Positions 12,209 through 25,325 of a stretch of 64,000 nt of DNA are shown here, in pieces. Numbering within the stretch: position 1 is the stretch's first letter; each line of letters starts with the position of its first letter. A program made the translations under genes and the position numbers. A model generated the notes under the pieces. That model was not told where the DNA came from, searched no databases, and saw only the letters and a program-made list of their open reading frames with translations. This stretch comes from Kudoa neothunni (lineage: Eukaryota; Animalia; Cnidaria), in NCBI GenBank assembly GCA_964304625.1, contig OZ199840.1, positions 4,192,490-4,256,489 of the forward strand, read 5' to 3'.

Positions 12209-14481
12209 TTAGGAGAGTCTAGGAGAGCATTTTGAAGATGCGACGTTGGCATTTGATTGAACATTAATAAAATATCTTCCAGAAGGTAGATCATATGAAT
12301 ACACCGCAGAGTATTGAGTATCGAATACAAGATTTTGAGTAGGACAAACAATGGTTATGGGTAGGGTGAATCCAATGTCAATTTTATTGATGAGATATGT
12401 TTGACACACCGAAACATCCATATCATTCACACAATCAACAACACCAACAATCATTCGGCTACAGCGATAGACTGTATTTATTTGATATCTGCCGATGAAG
12501 ATTTGCAATTCGGGGTAGAATTCCCTTCCAGCTATCTCAAAACCGCGCCTTTCTCCGAGGGTTTCATGACACTGAGAGTTAGAAGGGGTGTTTTAATAAC
12601 TTTTGGATAATGTAAAAATTTACAGTAACTGAATCTATAAGAGGAATCTTTCGTGGAAATATGCCACTTACAACTATAGGCATAGAAAAATTGAACGCAA
12701 TTCTTTCTATAAATGCAGATTTCGCATCAATTTAGATTAAAAATCAATAAAATTACTAACCTATATTGATTAGAAGCCACACCGACAATGAAAGAAAAAG
12801 GTCTTGAGATTTCAGTTGAGAAACTTCAGAGATATTTAGCTAAAAATTAGTTATACGAGCATTAAAAGCTATAATAATAATAATTATTGAATCGTAAGAA
12901 AAAAAGTTATCAACAAATAAAAAGAAATAACTTACACTGTGGAATCTTAAGGTGTTGGTGGACAACGACAAGAATGTGTAGGGTTTATCGTAACACTCAA
13001 AGGCAACCTAAATTATAAATCATTCAACCCGAGAACGTAATTTAAAAAAATAATATTTTTTAGAATCAGTAATTCTGTACACGATTCAATGATAAACATT
13101 GCTCTTTGCAATCGATGTCGATTGAATTATTACAAACTTTTCGTATATACTAGAAAAGAAACGAGAAATTTATAGGTGTCTAATGGCTAAACAAGGGGTT
13201 ACCATAAGAGGCAGTCTTAATTTATCGTCAAAGCTTGACAATCGAATTAAAGAGCCGTACGTTATAGGACCTTCCTCGTTGATAAATTCCCCATTAACAC
13301 ATTGAACTAAATACTAATCGATAATTCCAAATCAACATATTTCTACCTTTATGTATATAAATGCCAGTGTATTTTGATGGGTGACAATCAACCGAGTTGT
13401 TATCGACATGGAGATACTTGGTACTAAGACTTTGGGAGCGGAACCTATTTGAAAGGACCACTAATGAACCTGAGAGTATGTTGCCTTGGATAGAAAACAT
13501 CTAATTATTGCATCTACATCAATATCATTAATATACAATCATTTAGTCGCGAAGATTTCGTTTTCTTTTTTGCCGGTTTAGAAATTACCTACAAAAGATT
13601 ATTTTAGCTAGATCGTTTATTTGTTTGTAGAAAAAATAAATACTTTTATAGGATTTGATTCAATTGGGCCAATCATGTGTTCGTTTTCTCCGAGAAATAT
13701 CTAGATTTGTGGTCAGAATCAAATGTGTGTGGTGTATTTTTTATTCACATTTGCTCTCAGTGCAATGAAGCGTCCAAATTCTAGTTCACTAATGTGCGAA
13801 GTAACTGCGGATGCAACTCCCTTTTTATCAAACCGAATAAACGTATGTTTTTAACCAGAGAAATTATTACACTTGTGTCAAAATCATACAATATTTCTGA
13901 TTGATTTTTATTGTTGTTATCCCGCCTTTTATTGTACTTTTTCTTAATTTTTCCAAAATTCTCCTCAAAGTCAGGTGAGGTGTGAGACAATTGGCCTGCT
14001 ATTCTATCCGCACTCTCATTACTTTGATTCGTGGGCGTAATGTTTGGATTTGGGCTGGATTTTTTGTTCTTATCACTTCCAACATTTTCGTTATTACCAG
14101 TGATTTGGAGTGTAACGTAACTGTCAGTCAGGGGAAGGATCGGAGTGTAATTATTTTGGCCAAGAGGCAAACCTCCCAACAACACCATTTTCGCAATTTC
14201 GATCTGTGGTGGGGGATTAAAAAATCTATACCAAAATCAGACCGAACTTTTCATTGACCATTTGATTTAAACCTTCTTTCTTGGCCGTATGATTTGACAG
14301 CACATGTCGAGTAGCTCATACATATTCTGTAGCTGTGGAAATTAGCTTCAAATCCATAATAACTGTCTATGAGGCACTGACATGAGTTGATGGATGGTCC
14401 AATATTAAAAAGTCTCAAATCTTTCTCAGCCTCTCTGCATACTCTCATATAACCACTTTCATCCCACCCAATAGATTCCAT
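12209..14481 (-). CDS. RBPJ: CSL / RBPJ / Su(H) / LAG-1 transcription factor (Notch effector), highly divergent, ~11 exons
   Basis: Spliced motifs appear in the canonical order: AVKSYGQERR|FFNPPPQI (KSYGNEKRFFCPPP); IK|VISKPAKKK; NILSGSLVVLSNRFRSQSLSTKYLHVD (FNRLRSQTVSTRYLHVE); ITYGSLIRL...LP; YIRKV; FEIAGREFYPELQIFIG...TVYRC (IPT domain). All junctions are GT-AG. Confidence 0.93.
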
Positions 14482-17219
14482 TGTTATTGAGTACCAATGA
14501 AATAACTCAGATTGTCAGTGTGATCTCTCCCAATCAAAAAAAGGACTTAGAGTACTGATTAATGGTTACTAGGTTGACACCAAGCTCATTTTTATTTGTT
14601 TAAAAAAATAATTAGATATTACATCCAAGAAAGAGGTATTGCAAAAAATATGTATAAAATCGGCCATTCAATATAGATTGATTTGTGTATGATGACTGAT
14701 AGTCAGAAACAACCACTTTATTAAACTGTTTAGGTTGATTTGAAGATTACCTCAGTTTCACGAGATCACATGGGTTGGGAATTGGTGAGAAATTCGCTTG
14801 TAATGTTAATCCTGGCTATTCCCCGTAATCTTTTCAAGCATCGTAAATCTACTGGCATACAACGTCGATAATGGCTGACCAATCCACTTCACGACTCCAC
14901 GTTGTTAATTTTTAATCAGCCAGTTGTTATTAATTCATTTTGGATCCAAAATTAATCACAACACATTAAAACAGTTCATAATGTTGATAGATAAATACAA
15001 CGACGTTGATTCATTCAAAAAAATGACAGAACGCGTAAAGATGTTATGTTCCAGTTGAATTTTTTCTTATAAAAATATAAATCATTTTGGCTGAAACAGA
15101 AAATTAAAATAAATTTTAAATTGTCGGCGATAATTTTAATCAGTCCGGGAAACGTATAAATTTTCGGTGCGAAATTTAGCGTATAAGTTTGGGAAATGGC
15201 TTTTGACATGGATTCTAATATCGGGGTGAGTGTGATTTTGACTGTAGATAATTATTTCAGGTTACTAAGAGAGGTAGCTATGCGTTTAAAATTATTAAAT
15301 ATAGTTGATTTTAGGGAAAAAAACTTTATAGTTTAATTGTAAATGAGAATTTCATGGGATTAAACATGTACAGTAATGCGCATGCGTTTGATGTAGATGC
15401 AATTTAGGATTTAAATTATTTCTTTTTTGGTTTATAGTTGATTAATTTGGAATAAAACAATATTTCCTTCTGATCATAAAGAATAAAGTGAAATCTAATG
15501 TTACTATATGTGGAATTAGTTTTTAGTCAAATAACGCCAAAAAATTAGCGACTTGTTAGTAATAAAGGCATTGAGCAAAACATATGTATATATACTAATT
15601 CTTTCCCAATTTCTTCTTGAAAATAACGTATTTTAAACGTTACATTAAGGCCCCGATATGGCGTTCCTATTTGGGACCAAAGTTAAATTACGAATTAGAA
15701 AAACCTTAAGTAGAGAGTATATTATTGATCATTAGCGACGATTATAGAAATACTGGATATAATGTGATAGGTTAATTACAACGTATAACTGAATTTTGTC
15801 GAACACCAAGTTATTCAATACCTCACTCTCATTATTGGGAGTTTAAAAATGCGAGTATTGAGCAGTGTTGATACTCGAAAATTCCCCGAATTACTCAATA
15901 TTATTATATTGAAGGGATAATCTTAATTTTTTGTATAGAATCTTAAAATGGTGTACATTTACTATATATGTATACTGGCGCTAATCGTCCAGTTTTGTTT
16001 GGGATAGGGAATATTCTACATTGAAAGTCGGCAAACAATTCAAGGATTACATTAATCCTTTAAAATAACCTATAGAAGTGTACATGTATAGATTACATAC
16101 ATTATAGAATAAAAACCTTAAAATATAATAGTTACTTGTAAAAATAAAAATGTTTATACATAACATTTGCAAATCGCACAATAAAATAAAAATAGCATAT
16201 GATGTATTAACAACAAAATGTTACCGATCTCTAATTTTTATTTTTTATGTGTAAAATTAGCCATTTTAAAAAAGTGTTAATCGGAATAATGTTTCATTTG
16301 GAATTTTTATTTAAAGTTTTATTTAGAATAAAATCAAATGATTGATCATATTATCATTATTAATATTCAATAATGAAATTCTAATGATAAAATGATTATA
16401 ATTTTTTTCTTAATGTAAATAATTTGACTCTAAAAATATATAAACTAAGAAATAATTTATTTATTTTTAATATAAGTTTAAATGTTCATAGTTGATGTAA
16501 GAATAATGATAGAGTAGACAATTTATAATAAAACATGTAAAGCTTATATGGATGGTTGAGTCATATAATTTTTAAACGAAAAATCATTAAAAAATGTTAT
16601 TAAGACATAACTATAACTTAAAACATGATATACTAGAAATAAAAGGGGTTTTTATTGAGTTTTGGAAATTTAACGAAGATTTCATGCGTGCCGATCATTC
16701 TGTAATCGGAATTTGATAACAGAAATAAAAGTTATCATAATTAGCTTATTATTTCTTTTATTATGAACAATTGTGAAAGAATAGGAAAAAAATGAAATGC
16801 AAATGGGTGTTTTTTCGATACCGAGTCTTATCTTATTATCTGATCTAGAACTCGTTTTCTCCAATCTTATTGAACATTTTCTGACCTAAATTTACCTAAC
16901 ATTAAAAATTAACATGTATTTTGAAATAATTCAATTAAAATATTTAATAAAAAATATGGGTTCAGTTAAGGAAATCCCTGGCTTAATTTCGTCTCTGTGA
17001 CTTAATACGTATAATCCTCGATATGGTAGTTAAAAAATTGCGTTTTTAAGAGAAAACATCTCGATATTCAAACTTTTGATGTAAACATAAATTAATAATC
17101 GGAAACTTCTTGTTATTTAATTTTTAAACGCTCATTCACAATGCAATACATTTCTCTAGGCACCATAAATTGAAATTTTGGTCACGTAACCAACGCCAAT
17201 TTTGTTCTCCTCAGATTTT

Positions 17220-18090
17220 GTCATGTCTAATTAACACGCGTAGCTGGATTCATACATACAGTATGGTTTTGAAGTAATCGCTGGAAAAGCTATATTGTGT
17301 GATATGTTCAAAAGTCCTTGAAAATGGCTCAATGAGACCTTCAATACTAAAACTTAATTTCACATCAGAGAAGAAACCAATGTTTGCAGCGCCGTATTAC
17401 GTAGCGCAACGTATCGCTAAGGCAAGCAATCTCACGACATTAATGAGATACTAATTATACCTTGTGCCTTAGACATGATTGAGTTTGTATGTGGAATAGA
17501 GACAAAACAGAAAATTCAAGCTATTCCGCTCCCTACTTGCACTGTTAAACGACGATTTTGTGAAAGATCTTAAGATATTTGGGAGCAAGTTGTTGAACAG
17601 TTCATATCCAGTCCTGTAAAAATGTTCTTACAATGATGTATCAAATTTTTCAGATTCATTTCCCCTTCTCATTCAGTGTACCTTCCAGGTGCTATTTCCT
17701 TTTGTATCTACATATTTTTGAAAATCAGGGTTTTCAACATTAATGATGCTATGAGAATAGCACTGCCATCAACAACTCCTCGAATAAACAAATTGCTTCA
17801 ATAAGTCAACATTTTTCCCACCAATAATGACCCTAATTTTTCTCTATATGGTTTCGTTATTTTTAAAAATTAAAGGACCGGGGTTTTTTTAACAAAACCC
17901 ATGTATATATGGATAGAAACAGATTGCATAATTAATTAAATTTTTTTTTTCATATTCTCTTTTTTACATACGTGCCTTTTCATCATTTTAAGTTAGTACG
18001 TTCTACATTTCATTTATATCCTAAATCTGCGTCTAATTTTTTGATGTTAGCTTTAAACCGAGCGTTAATGGTTAATGTTGAGGAATATTA
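17220..18090 (+). mobile_element. Internally deleted hAT/Buster (ZBED5/SCAND3-like) transposase relic
   Basis: Fragments read SMRPS.LK; KQSHDINEILIIPCALDM; KIQAIPLPTCTVKRRF; then jump directly to a dimerisation-domain-like VLFPFVSTY..GFSTL and PRINKLL. A degenerate right TIR GTTGAGGAATATTA lies at 18077-18090. Confidence 0.75.
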
Positions 18091-19622
18091 AACTTAGAGG
18101 GTAAATGGCGCATAACAGGTTGTGAGCCCCCAATTTAACACACAAGAGTCGTTACATTTACAGTTTTTTTCCAATAGAAAGAAGGTTTATCAATTTCTAT
18201 AAAAGAACGGACTATTGTTTTTATTTATTTTAAATTTAATTAAGATAACTATTTAATAATGGGAATTTATTAAATATTCTAACCTTAGTTATTTATTTCT
18301 AATTAATATCCAACTGTGAACGAAAGCAAAAGATTAAGGCTTGATAGGACTAAGGCAATTAGCATTTGAATGACATTAGAGCAATAATAACTATGTTTAC
18401 GCACTCGAATCTTATTCACAACGTGGGGGTAAAAATTTTATAGAAAAAGATTATTTTGGAAAAAATTAATAATACCACCAGTTAAAAATCTGTATAATTA
18501 GATATGCAAGGAATCCGATATGTATTGTGTATATAATCGGTTAGTAGAAAAAAAAGTAGTAAACCATACAAAGGAAGTAAACCGTAGCAATTAGAGGGGC
18601 CAAAACTCTCAACGAAAATATGAATGAATTCATAATTTTTTTGGCTCGTTTTTTCATCAGGCTGGGTCTTCCAGGCAACCTTTCGTATACAATATCACAA
18701 GAATTATTGGTACCCCTGTTGTTTGCTAGATTTATATCAAATCAATCACAGGCATGCATTCTTACGACTAGTTTGAGCGGCATTTCCGAACGTCAGCTCT
18801 CCTAAAGGATCCATGTAAGTGTTCAAGTGATTAATATGTGTCCTAACTTCAAGCGGTCGTTACACTTGGCGATTTTCCTCTTTATTTCTTAGTACAACAG
18901 CTGTCATGAATATAGTAGTTGTTTAAACAATAAAACTATCAAAGAAACACGTGAAAAATCTACATCTATTGTGAATTTCCATAGATACTAAATAGGGACT
19001 AACTTATATAATCGAGTATAGTTCAAATTATTTTCAAAATATTTTTTTTGTTTTCAATCATTAACCGTATATAAAAATATTTTTATTTATTAATAAAGAA
19101 TAATTACTCAGTTTCATCTTAACCCAATAGATTCCAACAAGAAGAGGCATTTTATGGTAATAAACTTAAATTAAAGTAAGTGAAATATGCTTTCATCTAT
19201 ATTAGCAATCCACGAGCATCCTCTGAATATAGAATTTTTTGAAAACAAGTAGACAATTAATGATAAATTGATTCTCGGCAATAAAACTAATAGAATGTTA
19301 AAATTAAAATTTAATAAGAAAGCCTGCCGAAACTTAGATTTATTCAAAAACGTAAACTAAAACATACTTAAAGCACAATATAATGAATACATAAATCCTT
19401 TCGTTGTAGTTAATTAATTAATCAATCACAATTCGAATGTAAAGAATAAGCTTAATACATTTATTTTTGAATATTTAAAATTATACTATTTCACAATAGA
19501 CCAAGAAAACCGAAAAATCAGTAAAAATAACGGCCAAAATTAAGTATAAACTATGTGTAGATGTCTGAAGTATTAGTCAAATCAATAAAAGGTTGGATAG
19601 GATGAAGTAAATGCACCAACTA

Positions 19623-21850
19623 CTACAACTCATTGACTTCATTAACATGGGAGAAACTATTGGAATCGGGAAGCAATTTTTGGAAAAGACTCTTTACATA
19701 AGAAGGTTTTTTTTGTGTGGAGGGAGGATCCTAGTAATTAATAACTTTAGCAAATTTGTAATATAAAGATAACAATCACTTTTTTGGGTTGATTCACCAC
19801 ATTCTCTTTTTGTTTGACATGATAAGGTTTGGTATCGATTTTTTTCTTGTCACCTTTGTTCACGTTGTCCAAGTCGATAACCACAACTTCAATGTGCATC
19901 TCTTGATGTAGTCTTCTATGTAGTTCACCTGATTTATATTCTTCAACAAATTTTTTCACCCTGGTCAGATCACTAAATCAAAGTTCACAACAGCTGAGCT
20001 GAGCTGATTCAGGAAAATAATATTTTACTTTAAATCTTCAAATGTTCCAAAATAATATATGTGTTTAAAGTCATCGAAAGCAACAAAAGGGACATCTTCT
20101 AAAGTGCGCCGTACATGGGATAGAGCATGATTAAACTTATCGGCATTGGCAATAACCATATTGTAACCTAAGAGGGTATATTTTGTAAGAACGGGAAACA
20201 ACAATAAATCAGCTACCAGCAAAATGATCTTTTAATTCTTCTAATTTACTGACATAACGTGGGAGTTGTGTTTTGGCGTTTTCTCGGTAGAAGAGCACCA
20301 CAAGAGGTTTATGATCGCCTATTATTGTGTCTGCATTCTGAAAGTTTATTTCCCTCACAACAGGATGGCACACTCTATTCAACCACGAATCCAGCGCAAT
20401 TTCTGAATGCATTTGACTGCTGTCAAACGGTTCAACTCTATCGTATGGCTAATAGGTTCACATAAAAAATGTTATTTAACATGTGGATGAGCACCGAGAA
20501 AATCTACCATGCTAGTGATGAAAGTAATTTCAGAATTCCCGGCCCTAGAAAATAAATATTAAAGAGCTACTTATATTAATACTATAAGTGAAAAAATAAT
20601 ACGTTTCCATGACATAGAATTTTGCGTGATCGATATATTTTTCCGCAAGCTAACACAAAATGATTGATTGACAACTGATAGTTGGTGAATACTTTTTCGA
20701 ATAAAGCATATTCGGGCGTATTTTTCGACGAAACTTTCATATGAACGTTCAACTCCTTTAAACAAAACACATAGAGACATAACCTGTGATTCAACTGGCA
20801 AATTTTACATTTTTATTTATCTTGTTAATGTCTGTTATAGGAATGGGTCCTATAACTGATATTTCTTTAATGAAATCTAACAGTGGAACAACATCTCGCG
20901 AGCCGTGATATTCTCGTTTGATATACTAACAAAATTTAATGTAATTAGTCGAAAAAATCCAGCAGAAAATGTTAATATAAATGATTGATGTATCTGAGAG
21001 ACTTATATTAATAGAATCGAATGAAAATTAATATTGAGAACTCTAATAGATTGAGCGAAATAAATATTTACTGATTTTAACATATTTAATCGTTTGTTGG
21101 TAGTTTAGACTAAAGTTGATTATATTTAAAAACTGAGAGCGTGCGTGTTGATCGAAGGAAAATATTTAACTATGATAGATCTCGAAAAATAAACTCTCTA
21201 TGTGATCGATAGATGGAGTTTCATGAGATTAGAATTCGGGGCGACGCGCGCGTTGAAATGGTGGATTAAATTTAATTTTAACGGATACGGTTCAATCACA
21301 CAACAATCATTCAAACCCGCTCGCGCATGGCAGCGCCAACTTTAAATAATGAAATCCATACTTGACCCTTTCTGAAAATGAGAATAGCTGGAAAATGTTC
21401 AACGCCGTATTGCGTAAGAATTTTCGGATTCACAGTACCGTCAATACGTGCCAAAGCTACTTTATCCTACAGAAGCAATTAGATCCGCAATTAAGGCGAA
21501 AAATAAAAATGGACCTTCAATTCGGTTTGTTGGACCTTAGAATCCACATTCGCATAGATTGGTTCCAACATTTGACTGTATGGGCACCTTTGGGCAATAA
21601 TTTAAATTAATCACAACAATAATTACCATCTGGCATAAAAGTTTAACAACACGACGTCCTTTTTTTCTTAAAATCATTTAATTCGACACACAAACAATTG
21701 ATATACTCAATGTTTCGGCAATATTCAACGAATTCACCTCATGAACTTCCGGTGAAATGAACCGAAAAGCCAACATAAAAAGAAGATAAATACGCTGGAG
21801 AAAATTAAAAATTAATCATATGAACAGTTTAAAACAATACCACGTACCAT
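19623..21850 (-). CDS. ERP44: ERp44-like thioredoxin-family ER protein
   Basis: M|RIYLLFMLAFRFISPEVH signal peptide; VVLLNFYARW|CPYSQMLEPIY; KVALARIDG; YIKREYHGSRD; HPVVREINFQNA; DDFKHIYYF; SGELHRRLH; C-terminus KSLFQKLLPDSNSFSHVNEVNEL*, compared with ERp44 SSFQKLAPSEYRYTLLRDRDEL. Confidence 0.92.
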
Positions 21851-23022
21851 AGTTGCTGTGTTCTTATCAACTGCAGAACCAACAATAGTATGCGCACGCA
21901 TTGCAAGTATTATACTAAATTGGACGTCGTTTAACACCGGTCCCAATGTGTATATGACGTCATCAACTTGATATGATTTTTTGAGTTTATTTCTTAAGTG
22001 GAAATGTGCCAATATTCAATCATTTCGTTTCTGCTGTAAGATGGTTAATCCAATTGACATGTTAAATTTAATCTTCAAATGGAATGCGCATGCTGAGATT
22101 ACCATTATGATTCCCTTAACTCACATTAATCCAATAATAATCGAATACAATCATTTAATATTGGTAATAATTATTTTTTTAAACCACTACATGCAAAAAG
22201 TGTTAGATAAAAATTTATCTAATCTTAATAGCGTTCTTATCTATTCACCCCTTAAGGAGAACCAGAAGCCCTATAAACCCCATCTACAGGTTAAATCGAA
22301 TATGTAGATGTTAAAATTAGTTGGTTGAGGCTAAACTTCACATAAAATTTTAAAAATCCAACATCCAGTGGTATATACTATTAGCCCTCTATTGATCATA
22401 AAAATTATGTTCGCCTAAAGTAAAAAATATTGTGGGGTAAAAATACCCCATTAACTGCCTTTCGCTTAAAATAGGAAACATTTTTAAAATTTTCAAAATT
22501 AAAATTTAACAAATCACCAGCCGATCGATAGGATTAATTTAAAAACCGCGATAAAATGATATATTTCTTGTGAACGCATGCGCGCCGATGCATTTTTTTT
22601 CGGTGAGTGGATCAAGTCAGATGATGTTGAGATGATGGACATTAATACTGATGCTCTTAATCCTCTAGGTAAAATGGGATAGATTTCTAACCTATGTGAT
22701 TATTGCGAACAATATTATATCGTATTAATAGAACATAAGTCCTATCGATTTTTTAATATTCTATCTTTGTAAAGGCTTACAGATAAACAAATTAAAGTTT
22801 GTTTTGCCTCATATCAAATAGGTTAATATAGAAACACTCTCTAACTCTAAATAAAATTGGGATAGAAATTCAACCCATATTTTTCTTTTATAAGATTATT
22901 TAAAATATCGATATATATTATGTTTAAAATTTTAAGAAAATTCTATCGAGTAATTATTATTCGATAAATAACCAAAAACCATACGAACGGTACTTGCGAG
23001 CATGCGCAGAGGCGATATCAGA

Positions 23023-23542
23023 CAGGGGTGTGGTTTTTTTAATTTTTATAAAATCTTGAGGTTTTAATGAAATCCCGTAAACATTGGATAATAACGCAAA
23101 TTTTTTCATGTACGACATTCATATTTATATTTTAATAACGGATCCTATTCAGATTATATCATGCAGCGTTTAAACATTTGCGATATCGAATGGGAGCACT
23201 TTGGATCGTTTAACGTGATATGATTACATAATTACTCAGTAAAAATTGTCGCATATTATTAGAAAATTTAAACGTAATTTCAGAATATATTTTCAACTAC
23301 GAAGGGATAAATTGTGAGTGTGTTGATCTACAGTAGACATTAAGTATGAGTGAGAGTTCGTGCCAAAATGTTGCAATCATACGATGATAAATTTAAATTT
23401 AATGTCTGAAGATGTAATTAATGACTCGGTAGAAGGTTAAAAACTTTAATAAATACGATTTTATTTTTTTGTTGTACTTTAAAGTAATGTTTTTCTCGAC
23501 CGTCCATCCTTGGGGTCTTTTTAAACTCCGTTGGCAACCCTG
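23023..23542. mobile_element. MITE with CAGGG(C/T)TGCCA-type TIR (copy 2)
   Basis: Right end TGGCAACCCTG (23532-23542). About 200 bp align with 10380-10576, and the left part resembles 10160-10220. Confidence 0.6.
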
Positions 23543-23769
23543 ACTATATTACAATTTGAGTCGCCGAATGATGCCATATGACATCATGTAGTTATGTATA
23601 ATACTTTCTAAGTTAAAGATAATGTATTCCATTTTAATTTTATATCTAGAAATAATATATAATGAGAAATATTTTTTCTCAATTTTAATTTTTTTTGGGT
23701 CGAAAGGGTTAATATTAAATGATAATAGATATAATTTTGTTTGAAAACCTATAGACCTTATCGAACTGA

Positions 23770-24300
23770 AAGTAATCGTGGGATTACTACATATATATGG
23801 TCAATTACCATCAATCAAACAAAGAGTAGTTCCATTCTATGGGATGAAATTCACGATAGGACCGTTGGTTTGTGCAACTATGAGCCGTGAAAAGTTAAAC
23901 GTAATTTTTGCTTATATTCGTCAAAACGAATATAGGAATAGGAATAATGTAGATGAGCAATTATATCCTAGGAACGTAGTGTGTCATTTCTAATGTATGT
24001 GCGAAGGAACCATCAAAGTACATACGACTTGAAATTTTTCAGGATATACGATAGCTCATCTTGCCATGCTTCTAATAAAATTCCTTATTTTAGGAAAATT
24101 AAAGAAGACAAGAGAATAATCTAGCTTTTAACATAGCGATAAAATTCACGGAAAATGCTTTAAAAGTTGGCAGAAATATCATTTTTGATAATTGTTTTCC
24201 AACTTGGCAACTTGCATTATATCTTTAAAGGCGTAAAACTTCAATGCTTAGAACTTTTCTTATGCGCAAAGCTTTCGATCAACTGGAATTCTTACAAAAT
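23770..24300 (+). pseudogene. Decayed piggyBac transposase fragment
   Basis: PLVCATMSREKL...YIR; VDEQLYP; a KEPSKY-like segment; GRNIIFDNCF. Interrupted by stops, shifts and deletions. Confidence 0.7.
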
Positions 24301-24699
24301 ATAGGGTTTCTCATTTAAATTCGTCATTTTTTAATTCTAATTTTAACCATAAATTTATTACCACAATGTTTCTTTAATGAATCTGCGTTATTTCAGTTAA
24401 ACTCGTTAATCGTATTTAATGTGTCTTGGAAATAGATGTACAGATGAGTTATCAGATTCTAATAACGAAGGAAACTGTTGTAGTTCTGATTCTGATATCA
24501 TTGAAACCAAAATAAATCCATCAAGGAATAAAAACAAGAAATAATCAAATGGATAGAGTTGGATTACATTATTTCTTTGACAATTTTTAAGAAATGGTTC
24601 TAGAGAAATTTGGCGTCAATGTATCTCTCAGTATCGTTTATAGAGTTACTTGTGAATTCCATTATAATTTAAGATAATTAGTTAAAGTTACGGGGAAAA

Positions 24700-25325
24700 A
24701 TTGTAGCGATACATTAAATAAAAGGAAGTATTATATAAAAACGTTTGGCCAGCTAGAAACCAAACGGAGATACGTAAGTATAATCTTTCTTGACGAAGTC
24801 GGATTTCCAGTAGTCAATAGACCTAAAAGAGAAAGATCACTGAGGGATAAATCAGCGTATTTATTTATCAACACCGCCATAAGCAGAAATATTCCTGTTG
24901 TTCCCACCATAAACAAAAATGGCATTATCTACAAAAAAATTCATGACAAGGCGGTGACAGAAGAAAATTTCAAACTGTGCCAAAAGGAATCAAAAGATGA
25001 ATATATTTAAACGGAAATTAAAGAACTTATTTTCATGACGGATAATTAACGCATTATTCCTTATAAAGGTCCCCAGGAAACGATCAATTCTAAAAACGTT
25101 GATATCCAATAATTACCACCTTACTCGCCATTTTCAACCTCAGTAGAAAATGTATTTTCAATATGAGAGAATCTTGCCATAAGAAAACATTGTACAAATG
25201 AAACAGGATTGAAAAAAGCCATTCTGAATGGTTTAACGGAATGAAACCATCTCATTGCGATGGATTCTACAGGAAAATTATGGGATATATTACTCGATCG
25301 TTCCAGAGGAAGATTTTTGTAAAAT
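24700..25325 (+). pseudogene. Decayed Tc1/IS630-superfamily DDE transposase
   Basis: IIFLDEVGF (first catalytic D), FMTDN (second D) and LPPYSPFSTSVENVFS (LPPYSP.LNPIE motif with the E). Contains in-frame stops. Confidence 0.8.

Noticed and set aside
12900-13260. PIAS/SP-RING zinc finger suggested by LMVTPCLAIRH
   Set aside because: That reading runs into an intron; the spliced frame matches the CSL beta-trefoil domain.
7200-18090. One 11-kb hAT element spanning RPL28 and CSL, using the TIR at 7200 and the degenerate TIR at 18077-18090
   Set aside because: The flanks do not match as a TSD (GCTTAACC vs AACTTAGA) and the TIR match is weak. Two separate relics of related families are more parsimonious.
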